From the NCBI GenBank assembly GCA_051439505.1, contig JBFRWI010000217.1, positions 14,154 through 78,153 on the forward strand: 64,000 nt of DNA, given 5' to 3'. Origin of the DNA: Hormoscilla sp. (GTDB lineage Bacteria; Cyanobacteriota; Cyanobacteriia; Cyanobacteriales; Desertifilaceae). This document shows, one piece after another, positions 29,624 through 39,212 of this stretch (its first letter is position 1; each line of letters begins with the position of its first letter). The position numbers were made by a program, and so were the translations under genes. A model generated the notes under the pieces. The model searched no databases. It had not been told where the DNA came from and saw only the letters and a list, made by a program, of their open reading frames with translations.

Positions 29624-30298
29624 ATGTCGAGCGAAAATCATATCAATGGACTGGAACTAAAATCTCAGTGGCAATCTTTGCTACAATCTTTGCCACAAAA
29701 GGGCGATCGCCGAATAGGGAGCGGAGTTTTCTGGGAATTAGTTAATGCTTATTCCAGTGATGACCGGTTTTACCACGGTCTCGCTCATGTTAAATACATG
29801 CTAGACGCGATCGCCCCCTGGGAAAGCCAAGCCAACAATTACCCAGCCATTCAGTTAGCAGCTTGGTTCCACGATGCGATCTACAACCCCAAAGCCAAAG
29901 ATAACGAAGAAAAAAGCGCCGCCTATGCAGCCAAAGTATTAAAGAGATTAAAAATATCGCCATCCACCATTGATGCTGTCACCCAGATGATCTTAAATAC
30001 CAAACATCATCAAGGGGATCCAGAGGATATTGACAGTCAAATTCTGCTTGATGCCGATTTAGCCATCTTGGGAGAAGATGAATCATCTTATCGGTTTTAT
30101 GCCAAAGGAATTCGCAGAGAATATGCTTGGTTAAGCTCTGAGGAATATCGTTCAGGCAGAATAGATGTATTGAAAAAGCTTTTGCAGCGTCCGCGCATTT
30201 ATTTTACGGCTCAAATGTTCGAGCAACAGGAAGCAAAAGCCCGACAAAATATGCTGGCTGAAATTGAATTACTTTGTTCGTCAGATAGGGATTTATAA
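29624..30298 (+). CDS. HD-superfamily predicted metal-dependent phosphohydrolase
   Basis: RFYHGLAH, AAWFHDAIY and LDADLAILG. Confidence 0.85.
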   Translation: MSSENHINGLELKSQWQSLLQSLPQKGDRRIGSGVFWELVNAYSSDDRFYHGLAHVKYMLDAIAPWESQANNYPAIQLAAWFHDAIYNPKAKDNEEKSAAYAAKVLKRLKISPSTIDAVTQMILNTKHHQGDPEDIDSQILLDADLAILGEDESSYRFYAKGIRREYAWLSSEEYRSGRIDVLKKLLQRPRIYFTAQMFEQQEAKARQNMLAEIELLCSSDRDL

Positions 30299-30509
30299 TT
30301 ACATCGGATCAACTACTTGGCAGTTATTGCTGGGTCAAAAACCGTTGGTACAAGGAGACCTCTCGTGGGGGGTCAGAAGCCGGGTTTCTATGGAAATGGC
30401 TGCTTTTTGCCCCTAAATTGATCTCAGAAACCCGGTTTCTTGTCTCTTGGCTATCAACTACTTGTGACCACACCCATGGGAAACCTAAAACATAAACAGG
30501 ATCGGTCTC

Positions 30510-30845
30510 CTATGAAACAGCGTATTTGGAATACTGGCGCATAGAGGGATGATGGAAACCAACCACGATTTCTTTCTTGGAAATGCCCATCTCTTCTAGG
30601 TCTTCATCAATTTCAAGATCGGTGTTGTTTTCTTGGACCCAGATTTTGCCATCTTTGATATCAAAGTGAAAAATACAGCAGTGAACCCGGCGGGTGTCAT
30701 CCCAACCCGTGCGGAGCAAAAGGTAATGATCGTTGACTGTATCGAAAATTAATTGAGTCTCCATCTCTGGCTGTTGGGATCCATAGTTGGAATACTCAGT
30801 CAGAAAGTTTTTCACGCACTGACGATAGTAATCTATTCTATCCAT
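30510..30845 (-). CDS. xisI: XisI family protein
   Basis: FDTVNDHY, GKIWVQENNTD and IVVGFHHP. Confidence 0.9.
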   Translation of the reverse strand: MDRIDYYRQCVKNFLTEYSNYGSQQPEMETQLIFDTVNDHYLLLRTGWDDTRRVHCCIFHFDIKDGKIWVQENNTDLEIDEDLEEMGISKKEIVVGFHHPSMRQYSKYAVS

Positions 30846-30908
30846 AGGGCGGGTTCCTGGTTTTTGGGGTTGTACCGTATCAACTTTAGAGGATATCTTT
30901 TCAGAACT

Positions 30909-31250
30909 TCAACAACTGGCAAATTCAGTCAGAGGTCGCTTGCTAGGATGCTGAAAGCCTAGAACGATATCTTCGGGGGGGACTCCCGCATCTAGCAACT
31001 CATTGGCAATGCCTTGTTTCGTCCAATCTTCTTCAATCCAGATTTTACCTCGATCGATCCTCAGATAAACTGTCACTCCAAAATCTCGACGCTTACCGTC
31101 CCAGCCTACATTGAACCAGAAGTAGTGCCCCCGTTCTTCATCAAAGGAAACACACTGGGTTACTCCAGGTTGATTTGCACCGGCAGCCCATTGCCGATAT
31201 TCTATCAGGATCTTTTGCACGATCTGGCGGTAATCAGCTAGCTTATCCAT
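30909..31250 (-). CDS. xisI: XisI family protein
   Basis: FDEERGHY, GKIWIEEDWT and IVLGFQHP. Confidence 0.9.
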   Translation of the reverse strand: MDKLADYRQIVQKILIEYRQWAAGANQPGVTQCVSFDEERGHYFWFNVGWDGKRRDFGVTVYLRIDRGKIWIEEDWTKQGIANELLDAGVPPEDIVLGFQHPSKRPLTEFASC

Positions 31251-31654
31251 TCCACGATCTCCTGTCCTTCGATATCCACAACCAGTAGGTTAATTTGACT
31301 CTTTCTGGTTAAAAACGCAATCCCTTCCCGCTTGAATAGGTTCTCATAGATAATGTCGTCAATTGCCATATAAGACTGATATTCAGATGACCTTGCTTGC
31401 ATCAGGCTGCGATAGACGACATGCTGCCCAACTGCATGGTGGAAGTCAATCATCAGCGATCGCCCGACAAATTTTTGAATGACAACTACGATTTTCCGTC
31501 CTTCTCGTTCAGCAGCGATCGGGCGAATATCCGTCTGCTGAGTATACCAATCAACATCTTTATCTTGAATGCGGTAGGGGTCGGCAACAATTACCCAACC
31601 CGCTTTCATGAGGGCTGACTTGACTGCATCGTGATAGAGATCCTTGGCTGGCAT
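31238..31654 (-). CDS. xisH: XisH family protein (divergent)
   Basis: MPAKDLYHDAVKSAL...GW...DP, IAAER, AVGQ and EIVEWI. Overlaps xisI. Confidence 0.85.
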   Translation of the reverse strand: MPAKDLYHDAVKSALMKAGWVIVADPYRIQDKDVDWYTQQTDIRPIAAEREGRKIVVVIQKFVGRSLMIDFHHAVGQHVVYRSLMQARSSEYQSYMAIDDIIYENLFKREGIAFLTRKSQINLLVVDIEGQEIVEWIS

Positions 31655-31681
31655 AGGGCTACACCTCCTCTTCTGGCATCC

Positions 31682-31711
31682 ATGATAATATATTATCTCA
31701 CATTTTGTCAA
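31682..31711 (-). promoter_or_regulatory. Putative sigma70 promoter of xisH with an overlapping palindrome
   Basis: TTGACA-18-TATCAT on the minus strand, with perfect palindrome GATAATATATTATC at 31684-31697. Confidence 0.45.
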
Positions 31712-31722
31712 GGGGCATGAGA

Positions 31723-32190
31723 CTATTCAGCTTGCCAGGGTAGCCAGTCTTCGTCTAGGGCCTCTTCCAGGGTAAAACAGGGTTGTTCGGGGATGAGATT
31801 TGCCTCAAGTTTGCTAGCTTTGAGGAATGTATTTCTCCCTTTAGCATATTCCCGAGCAAAATTTTCCTGGATAAAGTTTTTGAGGCTGGGGCTATCTTTG
31901 AGAATATCCATAATCTCAATGCGAAAATTTATAATTTCCAAATTCCAGCTTCTAAAACACATTTCGCGCTCAGATTCCCAATATTTCATCTTGAGCAAGT
32001 GTTCGCAAAGTCGCCTTAAAAAGCTAGCTATTGCCCGTCGATCGCTTTGACCCAAAGTTTCTATCTCCTCAATTAAATTCTCTAGATCTATATTGGTAAA
32101 ATCACCCACTCTCAACTGCGCCAGTATTTTCTCTAGCCACATTTGGTAGTCGGTTTCATATAGAGATGTTTTGACCTCTGTTTCCATGAG
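31723..32190 (-). CDS. DUF29 family protein
   Basis: LYETDYQMW, DLENLIEEIE and HLLK. Confidence 0.88.
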   Translation of the reverse strand, partial: LMETEVKTSLYETDYQMWLEKILAQLRVGDFTNIDLENLIEEIETLGQSDRRAIASFLRRLCEHLLKMKYWESEREMCFRSWNLEIINFRIEIMDILKDSPSLKNFIQENFAREYAKGRNTFLKASKLEANLIPEQPCFTLEEALDEDWLPWQAE

Positions 32191-32457
32191 CATGGGTTTG
32201 TCTCTCCTTTTCATACAATACATTTTACAGGTCAGGGGTTATGGGGGCCGTAGGTGGTCTGCTGGGTCATTCGGTAGCTCTGGTGATAAGGATCTGAGTC
32301 AAATTATAACAATTGCAAGAGTTAGTTATCAAATCCCCGGAGCAAGTCCATGAGAGATTCAATGCAGCAGTTTCGCTGGCGGTGTTGTGGGGGCCTCCTG
32401 TGAGTGGTTGAGACATAGGTGCGGATGGGTGAATGAGTGGAATGGGTGGGGATGCGG

Positions 32458-32922
32458 TTATTCCGGTTGCCAGGGTAGCCAGTCTTCCTCTAGGGCCTCT
32501 TCCAGGGTAAAACAGGGTTGTTCGGGGATGAGATTTGCCTCAAGTCCGCTAGCTTTGAGGAAGATCTTTCTCCCATTACCATATTCCACCAGAAAATTAT
32601 CCTGTAGATAGTTTTTCAAACTAGGACTGTTTTTGAGTCTTCTTTGGATTTGCCGCCTAAAATTGGCGATCTCTGCCTCCCAGCCTCTCAAGCAATTTTC
32701 TCGTTCTGACTCCCAGTATTTCACTTTGAGTAGATGTTCGCAAAGCCTCATTAAATAGTTAGCAACTGCGTGCTTCTCACTTTTCCCCAAGTCTTCTATC
32801 TCCTCAATCAAATTCTCTAGATCTATATTCGTAAAATCACCCACTCTCAACTGCACCAGGATTTTCTCTAGCCACATTTGGTAGTCCGTTTCATATAAAG
32901 ATGTTTTCACCTCGGTGCTCAT
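32458..32922 (-). CDS. DUF29 family protein (tandem paralogue)
   Basis: Same motifs, with N- and C-termini nearly identical to the neighbouring copy. Confidence 0.88.
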   Translation of the reverse strand: MSTEVKTSLYETDYQMWLEKILVQLRVGDFTNIDLENLIEEIEDLGKSEKHAVANYLMRLCEHLLKVKYWESERENCLRGWEAEIANFRRQIQRRLKNSPSLKNYLQDNFLVEYGNGRKIFLKASGLEANLIPEQPCFTLEEALEEDWLPWQPE

Positions 32923-32981
32923 GGTACCTCTCTCCTTTTCATACAGTTTACATGGCGATCGCGCGGCATGGCAGGCGATCG

Positions 32982-33239
32982 CTATCGCGCCAATATCCGT
33001 TCGGTATCATCGGCATTCATGCGTCTAATACTCCTCATCCCACCGATACCTCTCGTAAAACCGCACCTGATTTTAATTCTATGGGATCTGGTTCTAGATA
33101 AAGAGCGATCGCCGATACGAATATTTTCTAAAGCTTCTACTTCCGTTTCCCCAGCGGAAACGCAACCGGGTAATTCCGGACACCAAACCGCCCAATCCCC
33201 TGTTTCCGAATCTCTTTCAAGAATTACACGCCATTTCAT
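32982..33239 (-). pseudogene. Frameshifted HicB antitoxin plus truncated HicA toxin
   Basis: CPELPGCVSAGETEVEALENIR shifts into AIALYLEPDPIELKSGAVLREVSVG*. An overlapping ATG at 33038 gives MRSIRRMNADDTERILAR*, which ends at a HIP1 site. Confidence 0.75.
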
Positions 33240-33435
33240 AAGCTTTGTGCATTTGCATCAAGTTAAAACTTACTGTCTCTACTTTGACTGGCATCCGATC
33301 GGAGCCCCGTCTTTTCTTAGCTTAACCCATTATCCTGCCTCCTGTCAACTGTATGACAAGAAAATTTTAAGAATTTTCCCCTCTGGTGTTGTGCTTGACG
33401 ATACAAGGTTTTTTTCGGACGCTACGGACATCCGG

Positions 33436-35994
33436 TTACCATTGAATAGGATCGACATCTACCATGATACTAACAGAATCGGGACAATGGCTGCGCAACT
33501 CCTGCAAATCTGGTAACTGTACGGGATTTACTGGAGAAAACTTCAGCAAAATATGCCAGCGATAGCGATTAGCTACCCGCATAATAGTAGCTGGAGCTGG
33601 TCCTAACAGTTGGTAATCATCATTCTCGGGAGTCAGCACCTCTGCCAACTTTTGGGCAGTTGCTTCCACCTCTGCTAAATCTAAACCACTCACTCGTAAT
33701 AAAATTAATCTTCCGTAGGGAGGATAATTGAACTCAGCCCGTTCTGCTAATTCCCGATCCACGAAAGACCAGTAATCATGATCCTGCACCGTTTGAATTA
33801 CTGGATGTTCTGGCGAATAGGTCTGAATAATTACCTTACCAGGATCGTCATCGCCACGACCCGCACGACCTGCCACTTGCGCTAATATTTGAAATGCTCT
33901 CTCATTCGCTCGATAATCGGCAAAATTTAACAAGCCATCTGCGGAGACCACCCCCACCAGAGTTACTGCGGCTAGATCTAGTCCTTTGGTAATCATTTGC
34001 GTTCCCACCAGGATATCGGCTTTCCCCTCAGAAAATTCCGTCAGCAATCTCCGATGGGCATCTTTACTCCGAGTGGTATCGCTATCAAATCTGATGCACC
34101 GCAGGGATGGATAATGTTTAGCTAATTCCTGGGCAACTTTCTGCGTGCCGCTGCCGAAATGTTTCAGGTAGGGGGAATTACATTCCGGACATTGCTGTGG
34201 TTGAATTTCTGTATAATTGCAGTAATGACAGCGCAACAGTTGGGTTGCCCCTTCGTGAGTATAGTGATAGGAGAGGGAAATATCGCAGTGGGGACATTCC
34301 ATCACGTAGCCGCAACTGCGGCAAGCAACAAAGGTACTGTGTCCCCGCCGATGAATAAATAAAATTCCCTGTTTCTTTTCCTCGATTAATCTTTGTAATT
34401 CTTTTTGCAGGGCCCGACTAAATATGGAGCGATTTCCGGCCTGTAACTCTCGCCGCATATCCACTATTTCGACTGGCGGCATCGGGCGGTGGGCAATGCG
34501 TTTTGGTAGAGAAAGGTAATATTTATCAATGGCTTCCTCTGGACTCTCCAGTCCGGGAAAGGAGAGAAATTGGGCGCTGCGAGTTACACTTCCCCAGCTT
34601 GATAAAGAAGGGGTAGCGGAACCCAGGAGGAGGGGACAATTTTCTAATTGGGCCCGCCAAGCAGCTACAGTGCGAGCATGGTATGTGGGACTGCGTTGGT
34701 CTTCCTTAAAGCTGCTGTCATGTTCTTCATCCAGGATAATTAAACCTAGCTTGGGTAGGGGGGCGAAAACAGCCGATCTCGTGCCAATTACGATTTGAGG
34801 AATGCCCATCAGCATTTGTCGCCAGGTATCGTAGCGTTCGCCATCGGAAAGGGCGCTGTGATAAACAAAAATTTTCCCCGAACCAAAACGGGCCCGAAAT
34901 CGATCGGTCAGTTGGGGGGTAAGTCCAATTTCGGGAACCAGCACTAGGGCCGATCGCCCGCTATCTAAGATGGGGGCGATCGCCTGCAAGTAGACTTCCG
35001 TTTTTCCCGAACCGGTAACCCCGTGCAGCAACAGCAGGGAATATCTCGTTTGCTTGGTAATGGTATCGAGGGCTTTGGTTTGATCTGGGTTAAGGACTTT
35101 GGGGCGAGCGGGTTTTTGGGCGACTCCCAGATCGCGGCGCAACCGTTCCCGTTCTTCGATGGCAATGCAGCCTTTTTTTTCCAGGGCTTTGACTATACTA
35201 GAACTCGTTTTCGATATTTTTAGTAACTCAGACAACCACAACTCACCATCCCGCTGCTTGAGAACTCCTAAGACTTCCTGCTGTCGCTTCGTCAATTCTT
35301 GAGTAAAAGTATCGCTAGTGAGAGTCACGGCTTTTTGCAGTTTTGGGCGGGAGAGTTTCGGCGGTTCCAGATAGCTTTGTACCCACCCACGCTGTAATAA
35401 TGAATTTAATGGCCGATTAGCACCTTTCACCTGACCCTGGAGTGCTTTCCAGGAAATATCCTGCGTTTTGCTCGACTCCAGTACCTCCAGCAACTGTCGC
35501 GCCACCGGTGTGAGGAAGGGGTCATCGGCGATCGCCTTTCCCCCCGGATAAGCAGAGGTGAGGCGGATGCGACGCTGGGCCTTCCCCAACAGTCCCGGCG
35601 GTAGAGCAATTCTAATCGCCCGCACCAGTTCTGTATGGTAGTAAGACGCTACCCTATGTAATAGCTGCCAGTAGGTAGGCGGGAAGAACCCCGGATTGAC
35701 GACATCTTTAACATCTTTAATTTTCTCGGGGGCCAAGTCAGCAGGGGGACTATCCAGCAGCCGAATGGCGATCGCCCCCAACTGCTGCTGTCCAAAGGGC
35801 ACCTGCAATATATCCCCCTCCGACAGTGACAAATCTGGCGGAATGTGGTATGTGTATAACTTCTGACCCTGTTCCGATGCCCCCGCACAGTCCACTAAGA
35901 CTTCTACCCACCTATCAGTGTTTGTCCCACAGTGGTAGTCCGAAGCCGATGATGCTACTGCTACCGATGATGGACTATAGTCCCGATTATACAT
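33436..35994 (-). CDS. priA: Primosomal protein N'
   Basis: GVTGSGKTEVY, DEEH, four CxxC pairs and QVAGRAGR. Confidence 0.97.
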   Translation of the reverse strand: MYNRDYSPSSVAVASSASDYHCGTNTDRWVEVLVDCAGASEQGQKLYTYHIPPDLSLSEGDILQVPFGQQQLGAIAIRLLDSPPADLAPEKIKDVKDVVNPGFFPPTYWQLLHRVASYYHTELVRAIRIALPPGLLGKAQRRIRLTSAYPGGKAIADDPFLTPVARQLLEVLESSKTQDISWKALQGQVKGANRPLNSLLQRGWVQSYLEPPKLSRPKLQKAVTLTSDTFTQELTKRQQEVLGVLKQRDGELWLSELLKISKTSSSIVKALEKKGCIAIEERERLRRDLGVAQKPARPKVLNPDQTKALDTITKQTRYSLLLLHGVTGSGKTEVYLQAIAPILDSGRSALVLVPEIGLTPQLTDRFRARFGSGKIFVYHSALSDGERYDTWRQMLMGIPQIVIGTRSAVFAPLPKLGLIILDEEHDSSFKEDQRSPTYHARTVAAWRAQLENCPLLLGSATPSLSSWGSVTRSAQFLSFPGLESPEEAIDKYYLSLPKRIAHRPMPPVEIVDMRRELQAGNRSIFSRALQKELQRLIEEKKQGILFIHRRGHSTFVACRSCGYVMECPHCDISLSYHYTHEGATQLLRCHYCNYTEIQPQQCPECNSPYLKHFGSGTQKVAQELAKHYPSLRCIRFDSDTTRSKDAHRRLLTEFSEGKADILVGTQMITKGLDLAAVTLVGVVSADGLLNFADYRANERAFQILAQVAGRAGRGDDDPGKVIIQTYSPEHPVIQTVQDHDYWSFVDRELAERAEFNYPPYGRLILLRVSGLDLAEVEATAQKLAEVLTPENDDYQLLGPAPATIMRVANRYRWHILLKFSPVNPVQLPDLQELRSHCPDSVSIMVDVDPIQW

Positions 35995-36138
35995 ACCACC
36001 CCATAGAATAGATCGATCATGTGTTATTCTATCAAACTACGGACCCTGATAACACTCATGATGCCCCTTGCCATCTCGATCGGAAAATGCTTTGATTGTT
36101 TTGCACCCACTTTTTTGCCTGGCTAACCCCTGATAATT

Positions 36139-36152
36139 GTATCATGTAATAC
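36139..36152. promoter_or_regulatory. NtcA-binding site
   Basis: GTA-TCATGTAA-TAC is an exact GTAN8TAC, located upstream of sigE. Confidence 0.6.
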
Positions 36153-36324
36153 TTTTGTTAGAGAAGAGAAACATTCCAAAAGTAGCCGAGACTAAAAAGC
36201 TGTTACTAGCTGAGTTTAAGGGGGGATATAAATAAAAAAATAGTTAATATAAGTAAATGCAATCTGGATAAAATTAACCTAAAATCACTAGAAAAAAGTA
36301 GTTTTTTAAGATCGAAGAGATAGC

Positions 36325-37413
36325 ATGTCCCAAATAAGTAATCATCAAGTGGCCATCATGGATGCAGATCGAGCAGATTTAGTCGGCAGTTCGTTGCCAG
36401 AAGAAAAATATGTTGCAGTTAGAGAGAGGAAGTCAAAGTCAGAAGGGAAAGAGAACAAGCTCCGCAAAGATGACACGATCGGCTCATTTCTCAAGCAAAT
36501 GGCCCGCTATCCGCTACTAAAACCAGAAGAAGAGGTGTCTTTAGCCCGTAGTATTCGCTACCTGAAGGAAATAGAAGAACTTTCCCAGCGACTAGAGTCT
36601 CAATTGGGTTATTGGCCGACAGCAGCGGAATTGGCCCAGGCAGCAGGATTAAGCGAAAAGCAGCTGGAAACGCGCCTGCATGATAGCAGGATGGCGAAAA
36701 AAAAGATGATTCGCGCGAATCTGCGATTGGTGGTGTCGATCGCCAAGCGATATTTAAATCGGGGAGTGCCATTCCTGGATCTAATTCAGGAGGGTGCCTT
36801 GGGTTTAGATCGAGCGACGGAGAAGTTCGATCCAGAAAAGGGCTACAAATTTTCCACCTACGCCTACTGGTGGATTCGTCAAGGGATTACCCGTACCCTG
36901 GCAAATCACGGGCGCACAATCCGGTTGCCAATTCATGTGGTGGAGAAGCTCAACAAGCTTAAAAAAGCTCAACGAAATCTCAGACAAGAACTACAGCGCA
37001 ATCCGACTGAGCAAGAATTGGCAGCAGCGATAGAAGTTGACATCGAACAGCTACGCTATCTACAGCAGGTACGCCGGAGTTCGATTTCTCTGAATCACCG
37101 CATTGGCAAAGAGCAAGACACGGAACTGTTGGAACTACTCGAAGATAGCAGTACCCGATCGCCCGAAGCGCAGATCAGCGAAATCATGATGCGTCAAGAT
37201 CTGACGACGATCTTGTCAGAGGTGCTGACGGAGCGGGAAAACGATATCATTTGCTTGCGTTATGGTTTATCTACGGGTGAAGTGTACACTTTAGAAGAAG
37301 TAGCTTCCCTGTTAAACCTGTCCCGGGAGCGCGTTCGTCAGATGCAAACCCGAGCTATGCGTAAACTGCGTCGCCCTCAAGTGGCCCAACGCTTGAAAAA
37401 TTGGCTGCGGTAG
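36325..37413 (+). CDS. sigE: Group 2 RNA polymerase sigma factor, SigE type
   Basis: MARYPLL, KRYLNRGVPFLDLIQEG, KFSTYAYWWIRQ and SLNHRIGK. Confidence 0.8.
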   Translation: MSQISNHQVAIMDADRADLVGSSLPEEKYVAVRERKSKSEGKENKLRKDDTIGSFLKQMARYPLLKPEEEVSLARSIRYLKEIEELSQRLESQLGYWPTAAELAQAAGLSEKQLETRLHDSRMAKKKMIRANLRLVVSIAKRYLNRGVPFLDLIQEGALGLDRATEKFDPEKGYKFSTYAYWWIRQGITRTLANHGRTIRLPIHVVEKLNKLKKAQRNLRQELQRNPTEQELAAAIEVDIEQLRYLQQVRRSSISLNHRIGKEQDTELLELLEDSSTRSPEAQISEIMMRQDLTTILSEVLTERENDIICLRYGLSTGEVYTLEEVASLLNLSRERVRQMQTRAMRKLRRPQVAQRLKNWLR

Positions 37414-37501
37414 GGGATGGGCACCAAGGGCGATCGCGTCTTCGGTGAGAAAAGGCAACCGACCTGTTAAGATGGAGCTAGATGTTGATTGTTATTAGCT
37501 T

Positions 37502-37768
37502 ATGGTGATTCAAGGTATCAAACGGGGACGCACGATCGAGCTGCTCTGGGATCTGGATATTGCCGACGGTGAAAAGGTGACGGTTGAGGTGATTCCGCAG
37601 CAGAAGCCGGGTAATTTATGGGAGGCCATGCTGAAGTGGCGTGAAGAATATGGGGTCGAAGAACTGGATATCGATCCCGATGAGATTTGGGGAGACGTTC
37701 GCGATCGTTCCCCTGATGGAGGTCGTGAGTTTAGCTGGGATCTGGGAATTAATTCTCGTGACGAATAA
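37502..37768 (+). CDS. Putative antitoxin, orphaned by toxin deletion
   Basis: GIKRGRTIEL...DGEKVTVEV and DVRDRSPDGGREFSW, followed directly by a PIN C-terminal remnant. Confidence 0.6.
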   Translation: MVIQGIKRGRTIELLWDLDIADGEKVTVEVIPQQKPGNLWEAMLKWREEYGVEELDIDPDEIWGDVRDRSPDGGREFSWDLGINSRDE

Positions 37769-37814
37769 TGTTCGCGATTTTCAATATTTTGATGGCTTGG
37801 CGATCGAGAATTGA
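37749..37814 (+). pseudogene. C-terminal remnant of a PIN/VapC toxin
   Basis: LILVTNNVRDFQYFDGLAIEN* matches the VapC terminal motif LVTxNxxDF..GL.IENW. Confidence 0.7.
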
Positions 37815-38155
37815 TTCGAGGTCAACAATGGAAGCGATCGCCTGTACCATTCATACTATAATAGTATAAATCGGCAAGGAGGTAAACGCCCGATCGCGCG
37901 CGCATACCAGAAACAGGGTTTCTGCCGAAGATATTAGCATCCAGATATAGAATGTAAAAGAAACCCGGTTTATCCGGCTCCTACCCGTAAGCCTTTCGTT
38001 GCAAAGATAACTGTAGGGGCGTAGCGCTACGCGCACTGCGCCCACTGCGCAGCGGCTGCGCAGCAGCTAGCATTTGGGCGATAATTTATGAGACAAACCG
38101 ACAATGTATATATCCAAATGCTTCGCCCTGCCCCCCGCGAATATGTCTCAAGAAC

Positions 38156-38306
38156 GGGTGCATCTGGATCCTTTGCCTCGCCCGAACCCTAAAGGGTCCG
38201 GCTACATGAACAAAGCAATGTCATTGCGAGCGCAGCGCGGCAACCTTCCTGCGCGGGCTAAATTACATGTATTATAAATGTAGCTTTGCGAAAGTGAGAT
38301 GCACCC
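38156..38306. mobile_element. 151-bp MITE with GGGTGCATCT ends
   Basis: 10-bp TIRs and an exact direct repeat TCAAGAAC on both sides (38148-38155 and 38307-38314). Confidence 0.8.
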
Positions 38307-38592
38307 TCAAGAACTCATGTTAAGGAAAAAACATATCGACGATCGGGCTTGTGGTCCGATCGTACTTGTGGGACGATCGGGGTCTGGGCGATGTGGCTTG
38401 GTGTTGCATTGCGGAAGAAAATTTGTCCGTGGGTATCTTCCCCGATCGCCCCTTAGCTTGCACCCCTACAAAAACGATCGGGGTCTGGCTGGCAGGGGGC
38501 GGGCGCTAGCAAACGGGATATCAAACTTTCCCCCCGTGGTAGGGAAGGCCGTGATACAATTAGCATTACTGTAGAAGTGGGGATAAAACGCT

Positions 38593-39171
38593 ATGTTCAT
38601 GAGCAAGGCATACAGAAAAGCAAAGCAGCGCATTGACCAAGCACGGCGAGATGGATCGACAATACTCGATCTCAGCGGTATGGGCCTCACGGAGGTGCCG
38701 AAGGCGATCGGAAAACTCACCTCGTTGCAACAACTTGACCTCTCAAGAAACCAAATAAGCAGCCTGCCAGAAGTGCTGGGAAAACTCACCTCGTTGCAAG
38801 AGCTTGACCTCTCAAGAAACAAAATAAGCAGCCTGCCAGAAGCGCTGGGAAAACTCACCTCGTTGCAAGTGCTTAGCCTCGCTTTCAACCCAATAAGCAG
38901 CCTGCCAGAAGTACTGGGAAAACTCACCTCGTTGCAACGGCTTCACCTCTTGGGAGACCCAATAAACAGCCTGCCAAAAGTAATCAAACAATTAAGTCAG
39001 TTGGAACAGCTTGACCTGGACGACAGGATTTTCTTTGACCAGGACGGCAATTTTATCAGCCCCGAAATCGCTGCTGCTTACGAACGAGGCACCAAAGTAG
39101 TATTGGAATACCTGCGCTCTCAGGCCCGATCGCGGGTATAGTTGAACGAAGCCAAGCTAATTTTGGTGGGT
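38593..39171 (+). pseudogene. Truncated Roco (LRR-Roc-COR) gene; the LRR part 38593..39141 is an open frame
   Basis: Four 23-aa (69-bp) LRRs GKLTSLQxLxL. After the TAG the frame continues LNEAKLILVG, the Roc entry motif, and breaks before the P-loop. Confidence 0.75.
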
Positions 39172-39212
39172 ACACACCCGCAATTTCAGTATGAAGACGA
39201 GTACAGTTAAAT

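Noticed and set aside
30510..31654. fdxN excision element
   Set aside because: No XisF recombinase or nif/fdxN genes; xisH/xisI homologues are commonly dispersed.
32968..33516. 182-aa plus-strand ORF
   Set aside because: It is antisense to hicB/hicA and the priA end, with no recognisable motif.
38710..38990. Diversity-generating retroelement template/variable repeats
   Set aside because: These are ordinary in-frame 69-bp LRR repeats. No reverse transcriptase or separate template copy is present.
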